Of a stretch of DNA of 64,000 nucleotides, positions 10,097-19,508 are shown piece by piece (within the stretch, counting starts at the first letter, position 1; each line of letters opens with the position of its first letter). A program made the translations under genes and the position numbers. A model generated the notes under the pieces. The model had not been told where the DNA came from, ran no database searches, and saw only the letters and a program-made list of their open reading frames with translations. Source of the stretch: Candidatus Hydrogenedens sp. (GTDB taxonomy: Bacteria; Hydrogenedentota; Hydrogenedentia; Hydrogenedentales; Hydrogenedentaceae); NCBI GenBank assembly GCA_035378955.1, contig DAOSUS010000009.1:10119-74118 (forward strand), written 5' to 3'.

Positions 10097-11479
10097 ATGG
10101 CACACGAGAAAAAAATTTATGAATGTTCGGAATGTGGTTTTGAATCCCCAAAATGGCTTGGTAAATGTCCTCAATGTGAATCCTGGAATCCTTTTTTAGA
10201 AAAAATTACTAAAAATCTTACAAAGAACAAACAAAAGAAGATAGAAATTCAGCCTGTTTCTATTTTTGAAAAGAACCATCTTGAAGAACAATCAAAAAGG
10301 ATACTTACAAGAATAAAAGAATTTGACCGAGTTGTCGGAGGAGGAATTATTCAAGGGGCTGTAATATTGATTAGCGGAGAACCCGGTATAGGAAAGTCTA
10401 CATTAGTAATACAGGTGGCGGGTTTGTGGGCAAAAAATAATGGGGCTGTATTATATGTTCATGGTGAAGAATCCTTTCATCAGGTAAAAGAGCGGGCACA
10501 AAGAGTGAATGCAGTCCATCAAAATTTATTTATGTTCCCATCAACAGATATGACCGATATTCTTTCAAGCATAGACACAAATCAGTATTCCTTAGTCATT
10601 ATTGATTCCATTCAAAGTATTAGCAATCCAGAAGTAGATTCCTTACCTGGAAGTATTACGCAGGTTCGGGAATGCACTTATGAATTAGTCCAGAAAGCAA
10701 AACAATTAAATATTCCAATGATTATCATTGGACATATTACCAAAGAAGGTTATATTGCCGGTCCTAAAGTTTTAGAACATATTGTAGATACGGTTCTTTA
10801 TTTTGAGGGGGAAGGGAAACATTCTTTAAGGGTCTTACGGGCAATAAAAAACCGATTTGGTTCAACCCATGAAATTGGTGTATTTGAAATGTGTTGCGAA
10901 GGATTAAAAGAAATAGCCGACCCCAGTGCTATTTTTTTACAAGAAAGGCCTTTAGGGGTGAGTGGTTCTATTGTGTTTCCTATGGTAGGAGGTTCCCGTC
11001 CTTTGCTGGTAGAAATTCAGTCCCTGGTTGGAAAAAGTCGAATTCCTCAACCCCGTCGAGGTGTCATGGGCTTAAATAGTCAAAGGGTATCTTTGTTAGT
11101 TGCTATTCTTGAGAAAAAGGCAGGTATATATCTTTCCGATAGGGATATCTTTGTTAATGTTGCAGGTGGAGTGTTTGTTGACGAAACTGCGGTTGACCTA
11201 CCTGTCATAATTTCTATGCTGTCCAGTTTTTTGGATATTCCTCTTGCTTCGGATTGGATTGCTTTTGGAGAGGTAGGCTTATCTGGGGAAATTCGTCGAG
11301 TAAATGGGGCAAGAATTCGACTTAATGAAATTGCAAAATTCGGTTTTAAAACCTGTATAATTCCAAGAATAGAACCATCAGATATTCCTGATAAAGCAGA
11401 AAGTTTACAAATTATCTCTTTGGAAAATATAAAAAAATTAAATCAATTGTTTGAAAATCGGGAGAAATCTCATGAGTAA
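10097..11479 (+). CDS. radA: DNA repair protein RadA (Sms)
   Basis: 460 aa. N-terminal C4 zinc finger CSECGF...CPQCESW, RecA-like Walker A GEPGIGKSTL, a KNRFG motif, and a C-terminal Lon-like domain. Confidence 0.9.
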   Translation: MAHEKKIYECSECGFESPKWLGKCPQCESWNPFLEKITKNLTKNKQKKIEIQPVSIFEKNHLEEQSKRILTRIKEFDRVVGGGIIQGAVILISGEPGIGKSTLVIQVAGLWAKNNGAVLYVHGEESFHQVKERAQRVNAVHQNLFMFPSTDMTDILSSIDTNQYSLVIIDSIQSISNPEVDSLPGSITQVRECTYELVQKAKQLNIPMIIIGHITKEGYIAGPKVLEHIVDTVLYFEGEGKHSLRVLRAIKNRFGSTHEIGVFEMCCEGLKEIADPSAIFLQERPLGVSGSIVFPMVGGSRPLLVEIQSLVGKSRIPQPRRGVMGLNSQRVSLLVAILEKKAGIYLSDRDIFVNVAGGVFVDETAVDLPVIISMLSSFLDIPLASDWIAFGEVGLSGEIRRVNGARIRLNEIAKFGFKTCIIPRIEPSDIPDKAESLQIISLENIKKLNQLFENREKSHE

Positions 11480-12548
11480 TATTCCAGATACAGATGAACT
11501 ATTTAAAAAAGCATTACAAATGGTTGCCCCGGGAAGTCGAATTCGAGAGGCTCTATCGGCGATTATTCAAAGTGGGATGGGTGCTTTGCTCTGTTTTGGG
11601 GAACCCCGCAAACTATCTCAACTTTCTGAAGGGGGGGTAGAATTAAATGAAGAATTAAAACCCCAGTTAATTTACGAACTCTCAAAAATGGATGGGGCTA
11701 TTATTCTTAATGCAGATGGAACCGAAATTTTATATGCAAATCGTTTCTTAAAACCAAATGCAAAAATTCCTTCCGATGAGACAGGAACACGACATCGTGT
11801 TGCACAACGCATGGCTCAACAAGCACATTGTATTGTGGTAGCCGTATCTCAAAGGCGTTCTTCAGTTACTATTTATGTTAATGACCGAAAACATGTATTG
11901 GCTACTTTACCTACCCTGTTAAGTCGTGCAATGCAGTCTTTGCAAACGATTGAAAGATTTTTAGTAACAATGAATCAATCCCTTCAGGATTTAACTCTTC
12001 GAGAATTCCAAGATGTCGTGACAATTTTTGATGTGTGTAAAACGATACAAAGAACTCAAGTCGTATTACGACTTGCCGATGAATTACATCCCATTATTCT
12101 TGAATTAGGAACCGAAGGTAGATTAATTCAAATGCAACTTAAAGAATTACTCATTCCTATTCCTGAAGCGGAATTGGTGTTAAAAGATTACTACCGCGAA
12201 CGTCCTGGTATAGATTATAATACTCTTCTTGAAAAGCTACATGCTCTAACACAAGATGAATTGCTTGATTTAGGGAATATAAGTCAAATATTAGGATATG
12301 GCTCAAACCTTCGTTCTATAGATACATATTTAACTCCTCGTGGGTATCGGATTTTGACAATGACACACCGATTACCATCAGCATTAATCGAAAATTTAGT
12401 GGCAAAATTTGGTGGAATTAAACAAATACTTCACGCTTCCAAAGAGGATTTAATGGAAGTAGAAGGAGTTGGAGATGTTTTGGCAGAACGAATTCGGAGC
12501 AGTTTGAATTTATTGCGTAGTCAAATGGGGTTGGAATTTCGGAGGTAA
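11472..12548 (+). CDS. disA: DNA integrity scanning protein DisA (diadenylate cyclase, c-di-AMP synthase)
   Basis: DAC-domain motifs DGAIIL and TGTRHRVAQRMAQQAHCIVVAVSQRRSSVTIY (RHR and DGA signatures), plus a C-terminal HhH domain. GGAG at 11461-11464 precedes the ATG at 11472, which overlaps the radA stop. The ORF track offers an upstream alternative start at 11451. Confidence 0.85.
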   Translation: MSNIPDTDELFKKALQMVAPGSRIREALSAIIQSGMGALLCFGEPRKLSQLSEGGVELNEELKPQLIYELSKMDGAIILNADGTEILYANRFLKPNAKIPSDETGTRHRVAQRMAQQAHCIVVAVSQRRSSVTIYVNDRKHVLATLPTLLSRAMQSLQTIERFLVTMNQSLQDLTLREFQDVVTIFDVCKTIQRTQVVLRLADELHPIILELGTEGRLIQMQLKELLIPIPEAELVLKDYYRERPGIDYNTLLEKLHALTQDELLDLGNISQILGYGSNLRSIDTYLTPRGYRILTMTHRLPSALIENLVAKFGGIKQILHASKEDLMEVEGVGDVLAERIRSSLNLLRSQMGLEFRR

Positions 12549-12549
12549 T

Positions 12550-13350
12550 ATGAATAAACTTCATGAATGTCTTATAACTTTACATAATCTCGTAGCACCC
12601 AATCATTACAGAATGGTATTGCAAAGCAAAGAAATGGCTATGCAATCATTACCCGGTCAATTCGTTATGTTAGAAGTTTCCCAGGGATACTACCCTTTTT
12701 TACGCAGACCTATGTCTATAGAACGGATTTTTTCAGATGGTGTCTCTATTCTTTACAAAGTATGTGGTGAAGGGACAAAAATTTTATCCACATTATCCGT
12801 AGGCGAAAAAATTAATGTTCAGGGTCCGTTAGGAAATTCTTTTCCTATTCCGAAAGAATATTCCCACTATCTTATTGTTGCAGGGGGTATAGGAGTAGCC
12901 CCTTTCCCTGCATTAGTAGAGGGAATATTAAAGGTTCGGGGAATTGCTCCGGAAATTATTTTAGCAGGGAAGGATTTCCATCATCTTTTGTGCGAAAAAG
13001 ATTTTCGACAGATGGGATGCAAAATACATCTTGTAACTGAAGATGGAAGTGCCGGAGACAAAGGACTTGCAACAGATGTCCTTGAAACACTCAATCTGCC
13101 AGATTCCACCATTGTATACACATGTGGTCCTCTACCAATGATTAAGAATGTTCATAAGATTTGTGAGCAAAAAAAGTGGCTTTGCTACGCCTCTTTAGAG
13201 GCAGAAATGGCTTGTGGAGAAGGTGTCTGTTTAGGATGTGTTCTTCCCGCAAAGATGGAAGTTGAAAACGAAATGATGGCTCGTGTCTGTAGAGAAGGAC
13301 CCGTGTTTGATACACAGGTAATTCTCTGGGATAAAATTGGAGAAAAATGA
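12550..13350 (+). CDS. pyrK: Dihydroorotate dehydrogenase electron-transfer subunit
   Basis: 266 aa. FAD/NAD-binding fold (RRPMSI, GGIGVAPF) and a C-terminal 2Fe-2S cysteine cluster CGEGVCLGCV. Starts 1 nt after the disA stop. Confidence 0.85.
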   Translation: MNKLHECLITLHNLVAPNHYRMVLQSKEMAMQSLPGQFVMLEVSQGYYPFLRRPMSIERIFSDGVSILYKVCGEGTKILSTLSVGEKINVQGPLGNSFPIPKEYSHYLIVAGGIGVAPFPALVEGILKVRGIAPEIILAGKDFHHLLCEKDFRQMGCKIHLVTEDGSAGDKGLATDVLETLNLPDSTIVYTCGPLPMIKNVHKICEQKKWLCYASLEAEMACGEGVCLGCVLPAKMEVENEMMARVCREGPVFDTQVILWDKIGEK

Positions 13351-13353
13351 AAT

Positions 13354-14286
13354 ATGGATATAAACCTAAATGTATCTATAGGAAATCTTATACTAAAAAA
13401 TCCCATAACTGTGGCTTCAGGGACTTTCGGTTATGGAGAAGAATATTCCGAATATTTTGATATATCTGAATTGGGTGCTGTGACCATAAAGAGCCTTACT
13501 TTACAACCTCGTTTGGGCAATATCCCTCCCCGTATTGTTGAAACCCCTGCTGGAATGTTAAATGCAATAGGACTTCAAAATGTTGGAATTGACACTTATT
13601 TAAAAAGCAAACTCCCATTTTTACGAGAAAAAAAATGCACCAATATTGCCAATATTTATGGGACTTCTATTGATGAATATGTTAAATTGGCAGAACGCCT
13701 TGAGAAAGAGGGTGGTGCTGATGCTATAGAAATGAATTTATCATGTCCAAATGTCCATGATGCTAAAAATAAATTTAAATGTCCTCTTATTGCACAATCT
13801 CCCGAATGGGTAGAAAAATATACTCTTGCAGTCCGTTCCAGTGTAAAGTTACCGTTAATTGTTAAACTCTCCCCAAATATCACGGATATTACAGAACCTG
13901 CTTTATCGGCAGAGAGAGGTGGGGCAGATGCTATTTCTATCATCAATACATTACTTGGAATGGCAATAAATCCTGAAACAAGAAAACCCAAATTAAAGAA
14001 TGTCGTTGGGGGGCTTAGCGGTCCTGCAATTCGTCCTGTTGCCTTAAAAATGGTATGGGATGTAAGTAGAACAGTAAAAATTCCTGTAATAGGGATGGGT
14101 GGAATTTGCACTGCTTCAGATGCTTTGGAATTTCTTATCGCAGGAGCAAGAATGGTCGCAATAGGTTCTTATTTATTCCGTGACCCGTTGGCTCCCATTC
14201 GTATTATACAGGGTTTGCGAGAATACTGTCTTAATAACGGTATAGATGATATTAACAAACTTATTGGTTCTGTGATTATTGAATAG
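13354..14286 (+). CDS. pyrD: Dihydroorotate dehydrogenase catalytic subunit (class 1B)
   Basis: 310 aa. NPITVASGTFGYGEEY, NAIGLQNVG, LSCPN and GLSGPAIRPVAL are typical of PyrD type 1B. Confidence 0.9.
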   Translation: MDINLNVSIGNLILKNPITVASGTFGYGEEYSEYFDISELGAVTIKSLTLQPRLGNIPPRIVETPAGMLNAIGLQNVGIDTYLKSKLPFLREKKCTNIANIYGTSIDEYVKLAERLEKEGGADAIEMNLSCPNVHDAKNKFKCPLIAQSPEWVEKYTLAVRSSVKLPLIVKLSPNITDITEPALSAERGGADAISIINTLLGMAINPETRKPKLKNVVGGLSGPAIRPVALKMVWDVSRTVKIPVIGMGGICTASDALEFLIAGARMVAIGSYLFRDPLAPIRIIQGLREYCLNNGIDDINKLIGSVIIE

Positions 14287-14301
14287 GTAGAAAGCAGGTA
14301 T

Positions 14302-14997
14302 ATGTCAGAAAAAATTATTATAGGATTAGATATTGATACAATAGACGAAGTTAAGAAAATCCTTGAATTATGTCCAAACTGTGTATGGTTTAAAGTAGGT
14401 AGCCAGTTATTTACTCGATGTGGTCCTCAGGTAATTTCCTTACTTAAAGAAAAAAATAAAAAGATTTTTCTTGACTTAAAATATCATGATATTCCGAATA
14501 CGGTAAAAAATGCAGTAAATTCAGCAAAAAGTCTTGAAGTAGATATGTTAACAGTCCATGCATTAGGCGGAAATAAAATGATAAGATACGCAAGAGAAAC
14601 AGTGGAAGGGAGCCCAACGAAGATTATTGCTGTAACTGTTTTAACAAGCCATACAGAAGAAGAAATACAAAAAGAATTGGGAATTAAATGGAAATTAGAA
14701 GACACTGTATTTAATTATGCCAATATGGCTCTTTCTTCAGGGGCTCATGGAATTGTATGTTCACCTATGGAAATATCACTTTTAAGAAAGAAATTAGGTG
14801 TAGAGTTTTTATTAATTACGCCGGGTGTTCGTCCTGTATGGGCTTCAGACACTCATGACCAGGTAAGAGTTATGACCCCATCCGAGGCAATTTCTCGGGG
14901 TGCTAATATGTTAGTTCTTTCCCGTCCTATATTAAAAGCCGAAAACCCCCGTTTAGCATTTGAGCGTATTGTGAAGGAAATTGAAAATGAAAAATGA
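14302..14997 (+). CDS. pyrF: Orotidine 5'-phosphate decarboxylase
   Basis: 231 aa. IIGLDIDT...FKVG...LDLKYHDIPNTV...TPGVR is the OMP decarboxylase signature. Confidence 0.85.
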   Translation: MSEKIIIGLDIDTIDEVKKILELCPNCVWFKVGSQLFTRCGPQVISLLKEKNKKIFLDLKYHDIPNTVKNAVNSAKSLEVDMLTVHALGGNKMIRYARETVEGSPTKIIAVTVLTSHTEEEIQKELGIKWKLEDTVFNYANMALSSGAHGIVCSPMEISLLRKKLGVEFLLITPGVRPVWASDTHDQVRVMTPSEAISRGANMLVLSRPILKAENPRLAFERIVKEIENEK

Positions 14998-15565
14998 AGA
15001 AGTTTTAGACTTATTTGTTCGCCATAAAGCCTTACTTGATGGACATTTTGTTTATGCCAGTGGAAGACATGGAAATCAGTTCTTGCAATTTGCCCGTATA
15101 TTGCAATACCCCAAAGTTGTAGAAAAATTATGTTATGAATTATCTCAATATTTCAAGAATTTACAAATTGATTTAGTTACAGGTCCTGCTACGGGTGGTA
15201 TCATTTTGGCACATGAGGTAGCCAAACATCTGGATTGTCATTCCGCATTTCTTGAAAAAGAGCCAGAAGGGGGTATGGCTATGAAAAGGGGGTTTAAGTT
15301 GGTCAAAGGTTGGAAGGTAATCGTTGTGGAAGATATTACAACAACAGGTGGTTCTGTGAAGAAATGTATAAAACATTTGCAGGAAAGGGGTGCTAATGTT
15401 GTTGGTGTGGGTTGTATTGTAAATAGAAATCCAGGGAATGTTTCGTTCGATGTGCCATTTTATTCTTTAGCAGAAATCCATTTAGCGAGTTGGTTACCGG
15501 AAGAATGTGAACTATGTAAAAAAGGAGAACCTATTACAGAGCCCGATAATATACTTCTTCATTGA
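14981..15565 (+). CDS. pyrE: Orotate phosphoribosyltransferase
   Basis: 194 aa. PRPP-binding motif VVEDITTTGGS. Overlaps the pyrF 3' end by 17 nt. Confidence 0.85.
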   Translation: MKMKNEEVLDLFVRHKALLDGHFVYASGRHGNQFLQFARILQYPKVVEKLCYELSQYFKNLQIDLVTGPATGGIILAHEVAKHLDCHSAFLEKEPEGGMAMKRGFKLVKGWKVIVVEDITTTGGSVKKCIKHLQERGANVVGVGCIVNRNPGNVSFDVPFYSLAEIHLASWLPEECELCKKGEPITEPDNILLH

Positions 15566-15593
15566 TTTCTATATAACTTCATTGGGGGTGTCT

Positions 15594-16889
15594 ATGAAGG
15601 AAAAAGAAGTTCCTCAACAATACTACAACACAAAAATGATAACACGATTAACCGTGCTGGGAGGGAGTAGCGTTTATATCCCTGTTTTCTTGTCAGCCCT
15701 GATGCAGAATAATGTTCGGATTAAAGAAATAGTTTTAGTAGGTAAAAATTCAGAAAAACTAAATATCGTAACATCTTTTTGTAAAAGAATGGTCGATAAT
15801 ATCGGATATCCGGTGCAGATTAAAGAAACCACTTCGATAGAAAATGGAATAGAAGGGGCTCAAATTATTCTTAGTCATATCCGTGTAGGTGGATTTCTTG
15901 CCAGAATTGATTATGAAAAAAGACCTGTAAACTATGATTTAATTGGAGATGAAAGTTTTGGAGCGGGAAGCTTTCTAAATGCTTTTTACACAATACCTGT
16001 GATGCTCGAAATAGGTAAAAAGATATCTTCCATAAACCCAACAGCCCATTTAATAAATATGACCAATCCGATGGGACTTGTCGTAGAGACGCTGACGCGG
16101 TTTGCAGGATTAAATCATGTTATTGGTATTTGTGAAACCTCTACTTCTTATAAAAGAATTATTTCTCAATTATTCAATATCTCGGAAAAACATATCCGCA
16201 TTCAATATATAGGGCTTTATCATTTGGGTGCTATTTGCGATGTATATCTAAATGGTAAAAGCATTATGATAGAACTTATTGATAAGTTGGAAAAGGAAAA
16301 TATTCCTTTGTTTAATAAAGAACTTATCTCCACTTTTAACATTATACCTTCCAGAGCATTAAACATATTTTTAAGAAAAAGTGATTATTTGAAAGAACAA
16401 AAGAAGAAATCACAATTTCGTTCGGAATTCCTTTATGAGCATGAATCGAAAATATTGAGTATTTATAAAGACCCGAGAATAACGACAATCCCTGATGTTG
16501 TATATGAACGAAATCCATCGTGGTATGATGAAATCATTATTCCTCTTATTTGCGCTTTACAAAGAAAGAATCCGGAAGAACATATTGTTTGTATTCCGAA
16601 TAAAGATTATTTATCGGAATTTCCTTTTGATACTTCCGTTGAAATACCTTGTGAAATAAACAATAAAGGGTTAAAACCTTGCATCCATACCAAATTACCA
16701 GAAGTTTTCCGAGGTTTACTTCTAACCGCTAAAGAAAGTGACCGGCTTATAATAGAATCTATTGTCAATAAATCATATAACTATGCTTTGAAAGCCCTCA
16801 CTATTAACCCTTTTGTAGATTCCTTTGATAAAGCAAAGTTATTCTTAGATGAATTTATCCAATCAAAAAAGATAAAATGGTTTAAATAA
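15594..16889 (+). CDS. Glycoside hydrolase family 4 (NAD+/Mn2+-dependent 6-phospho-glucosidase/alpha-glucosidase type)
   Basis: GH4 motifs TVLGGSSVYIPVFL (N-terminal Rossmann), INMTNPMGLVVETL and VIGICETS. I chose ATG 15594 (GGGGG RBS at 15584-15588) rather than the track start 15507, which overlaps pyrE. Confidence 0.75.
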   Translation: MKEKEVPQQYYNTKMITRLTVLGGSSVYIPVFLSALMQNNVRIKEIVLVGKNSEKLNIVTSFCKRMVDNIGYPVQIKETTSIENGIEGAQIILSHIRVGGFLARIDYEKRPVNYDLIGDESFGAGSFLNAFYTIPVMLEIGKKISSINPTAHLINMTNPMGLVVETLTRFAGLNHVIGICETSTSYKRIISQLFNISEKHIRIQYIGLYHLGAICDVYLNGKSIMIELIDKLEKENIPLFNKELISTFNIIPSRALNIFLRKSDYLKEQKKKSQFRSEFLYEHESKILSIYKDPRITTIPDVVYERNPSWYDEIIIPLICALQRKNPEEHIVCIPNKDYLSEFPFDTSVEIPCEINNKGLKPCIHTKLPEVFRGLLLTAKESDRLIIESIVNKSYNYALKALTINPFVDSFDKAKLFLDEFIQSKKIKWFK

Positions 16890-17006
16890 AAATATAAATT
16901 ACCTTTTTATATAACGATTAAAATATAGGTGTGTTCCTTGTTTATGGGATATTGAATGTGTATTATGGTTATAATATTTTTAGATGTAACCAAAGAAAGG
17001 AATGTT

Positions 17007-18365
17007 ATGGATAAGATAAAGGACTTAAAAGCAATGATGTCTGTAATGCTGTTTATAGTTTTACACGCTGTATTTCTATCAATTTTTGCTGATGAAATCA
17101 AAATAACGGGAGGAAAATCCTTAAATGAACTATTAAATTCAAACAATTTAGTTACTGTAATCATAAAAGATTCAGGAGCAAAGGATGTAAATCTTCAACT
17201 TGTGGAAATACATGACCAATATCTTGCTTTTGAGACAGAAAAAGAAGATAGAGTTACTTATCGTTTAGACCAGATTGCTGAGATTATAGTACAATCAGAA
17301 AAGAAAGAAAGACCATCCATACAACTTTCACCAGGTGTAACACTTAGAACAGAAGACAAAGTAACGGTAGAAAGGGCATGGAGTAGATTGGATGAAATAT
17401 TTAAATCTTCCGAAGGAAACCAGGACCTGAAAGTAGAATGTGCTGTCTTATTAGTATTGCACGGTTCTCAAGAAGCGATGGAATATTTGCAAAAATTACT
17501 CTCTTCAAATGAGATAACAACACAGTTGGTCTCTGCAAGGGGTATGTATTTATCGGAAAATCAAGTTCCTACGGCATTACTGCGGAGCGGATTAGAACAT
17601 GGAAACAGGTCGGTTCGAATTCAATCGGCTATTTTAAGTGGGTTGGTAGGTTATCGTGATGGAATACCATCGTTAATGAATATGTTACAAGACCGTTCGG
17701 GTGAAATCAGTGGACCTTCTGCACGAGCATTGTCTTATTTGGGTGTTCGCGAAATTATTCCAAAACTTTTAGAAATGCTTATATCACAAAACGGGGAAAA
17801 ATCTGAATCGGCAGTTTATGCTCTTGTTACACTTGGAGGTGATGATATTCGAGAACAATTACTACAACTTCTTCCAAGATTGGAAGGTATGGCAAAGTAT
17901 AGAACTATAAAAGCACTGTTCTATCTTAAAGAACCTCAGGGTAAATCTCTTCTGTCTCAACTGTATGAAGAACAGGTAACACTCCGTCCCGAAATTGCTC
18001 TTATTCTGGCAAAAGAACAAGAATGGAAAGCCCAGCAATTTTTAAGAGCCCGCCTAACTCGAAGAGAAAATCCTACTGATATAAATCTCATTTATCGTGC
18101 GAAAGCAATTACCGCCTTATATCAAGGTGGAGACCCTACAGTTTTACCTCAATATCAGGAATTAATGAGGGAGGGAAGTCCCGTCGTCAGGAAAGAAATC
18201 TGTTATCTTATTTTTAAATTAGGGGATAAGAATTTGTTAAAAATATTACCTTCATCTATAGAAAGTAGAGATACGGAAGTTGCTTTTGAAGCCTGTCGTG
18301 CTGCTGTGGGTGTTACTTTACCCAAATACCGTGAAAGATACATTAAATTAAAAGGAGAACTGTGA
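17007..18365 (+). CDS. Secreted HEAT/PBS-lyase-like repeat protein
   Basis: Signal peptide MMSVMLFIVLHAVFLSIFA after Met 17007 (AAGGAA RBS upstream). Repeated about 30-aa helical units (…VRIQSAILSGLVGY…, …ARALSYLGVREIIPKLLEML…, …AVYALVTLGGDD…) resemble HEAT repeats. The track ORF starts at 16956. Confidence 0.5.
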   Translation: MDKIKDLKAMMSVMLFIVLHAVFLSIFADEIKITGGKSLNELLNSNNLVTVIIKDSGAKDVNLQLVEIHDQYLAFETEKEDRVTYRLDQIAEIIVQSEKKERPSIQLSPGVTLRTEDKVTVERAWSRLDEIFKSSEGNQDLKVECAVLLVLHGSQEAMEYLQKLLSSNEITTQLVSARGMYLSENQVPTALLRSGLEHGNRSVRIQSAILSGLVGYRDGIPSLMNMLQDRSGEISGPSARALSYLGVREIIPKLLEMLISQNGEKSESAVYALVTLGGDDIREQLLQLLPRLEGMAKYRTIKALFYLKEPQGKSLLSQLYEEQVTLRPEIALILAKEQEWKAQQFLRARLTRRENPTDINLIYRAKAITALYQGGDPTVLPQYQELMREGSPVVRKEICYLIFKLGDKNLLKILPSSIESRDTEVAFEACRAAVGVTLPKYRERYIKLKGEL

Positions 18366-18637
18366 AATCCAGAGTTCACATTGTAATTTATGGTATTGTT
18401 CAAGGAGTTGGGTATAGATACTCGACTTATCGAAAGGCTTTACAATTAGGTATTACGGGTTGGGTCCGTAATAAAAGTGATGGTAGTGTAGAAGCCGTTT
18501 TTGAAGGTGCTCGTGAGAAATTAGAAGAAATGCTTTCATGGTGCCGAGAAGGTCCCTCAGGTGCCTATGTCTCTGAAATTAAAGTCCAATGGGAAGAAGG
18601 CGATGAAAGATATAATAATTTTGAAATACGCTATTAA
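18362..18637 (+). CDS. acyP: Acylphosphatase
   Basis: 91 aa. VHIVIYGIVQGVGYRYST...GITGWVRNKSDGSVEAVFEG is the canonical acylphosphatase signature. The GTG start overlaps the upstream stop (GTGA). Confidence 0.85.
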   Translation: MKSRVHIVIYGIVQGVGYRYSTYRKALQLGITGWVRNKSDGSVEAVFEGAREKLEEMLSWCREGPSGAYVSEIKVQWEEGDERYNNFEIRY

Positions 18638-18663
18638 AAATTGAAAAGATTAAGGTCTGTTAA

Positions 18664-19398
18664 ATGTCTGAAGACAAGAAAAGCATATTGGAAAAAATAA
18701 ATAATGAAATAACAAAACTAAAAAGTTTTATAGAAAAAGACCAGGAAGCGATAAAAAAAATTAATGAGTTACTCAGTAAGGCAGACCAGCGACTCAGGGA
18801 AGAGACAGAAAATTATGACCGTTGGATGAGTGTTATCGAAAATTTAGAAAATTCACTGATAGAAACACGAGGAATACTTCAGGGAAGAATTGTTAATCTT
18901 CAGAAATTACAAAAAGAATACCAGGAACTTCTTATATCTTCTAAACCGGAGGAACCGGTACTTCCGGATATCCCACTTACAAAAGAGGAACAAGAACTTA
19001 TTAGCGAGAAGGAAATCAAAGATAACAAATTAGCAGAGTTAGTTCTCGAAACTACTGCAGAAAAATGGGGAGAAGTGAGTTTAGGTGACTTATCGCAGAT
19101 AATTCTAAGTATGAAATCTTCTTCTGAAGGAGAGGTAGAAAAAAAGACAGAAGAAGATATAGAAAACACAATCAGGTCCGAACCTGTGTATTTACAACTA
19201 AGAAATTTGCTTGTTTCTGGCTTAAATAAAGTGTGGAATAATAAAATAGAAATGCTTACTCCTCAGGAAAAAACAATGATATTAAAAATTTACCAACATC
19301 TGGGAAACAAGAAAAATAGGAATACAAAGGAAGATAGGTTGTTTCGTGTTATTTCTGCTGCTGTTAGAATGGCTTCTCAAAAACATCGACCAATATAA
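18664..19398 (+). CDS. Hypothetical coiled-coil protein
   Basis: 244 aa. Highly charged, E/K/L-rich heptad-like N-terminal 130 aa. The C-terminal region (LTPQEKTMILKIYQHLG) is weakly HTH-like. No recognisable family. Confidence 0.4.
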   Translation: MSEDKKSILEKINNEITKLKSFIEKDQEAIKKINELLSKADQRLREETENYDRWMSVIENLENSLIETRGILQGRIVNLQKLQKEYQELLISSKPEEPVLPDIPLTKEEQELISEKEIKDNKLAELVLETTAEKWGEVSLGDLSQIILSMKSSSEGEVEKKTEEDIENTIRSEPVYLQLRNLLVSGLNKVWNNKIEMLTPQEKTMILKIYQHLGNKKNRNTKEDRLFRVISAAVRMASQKHRPI

Positions 19399-19508
19399 AA
19401 CATAAACTGCAAAATTGATTTTTTACCGATTTTTGAAACATAATAGTCCATCGGTTATTCAAATTAGATACAAATAATTATAAACAATTAATAAGAAAGG
19501 GTTCGTAT

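Noticed and set aside
13656-14111. 151-aa antisense ORF inside pyrD. Similar long antisense ORFs occur at 20720..21181, 37348..37698 and 39303..39656.
   Set aside because: The sense strand encodes strongly supported conserved proteins. The antisense ORFs have low-complexity composition and no motifs, so they are most likely chance ORFs.
15507-15593. Upstream extension of the GH4 ORF overlapping pyrE
   Set aside because: The extension encodes a non-conserved hydrophobic peptide and overlaps pyrE by 59 nt. The internal ATG 15594 has a GGGGG RBS and begins exactly at the conserved GH4 N-terminus.
17605-17625. GGTTCGAATTC, resembling a tRNA T-loop
   Set aside because: It is embedded in the HEAT-repeat CDS. 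No flanking acceptor or anticodon stem structure is present. I detected no tRNA genes anywhere in the window.
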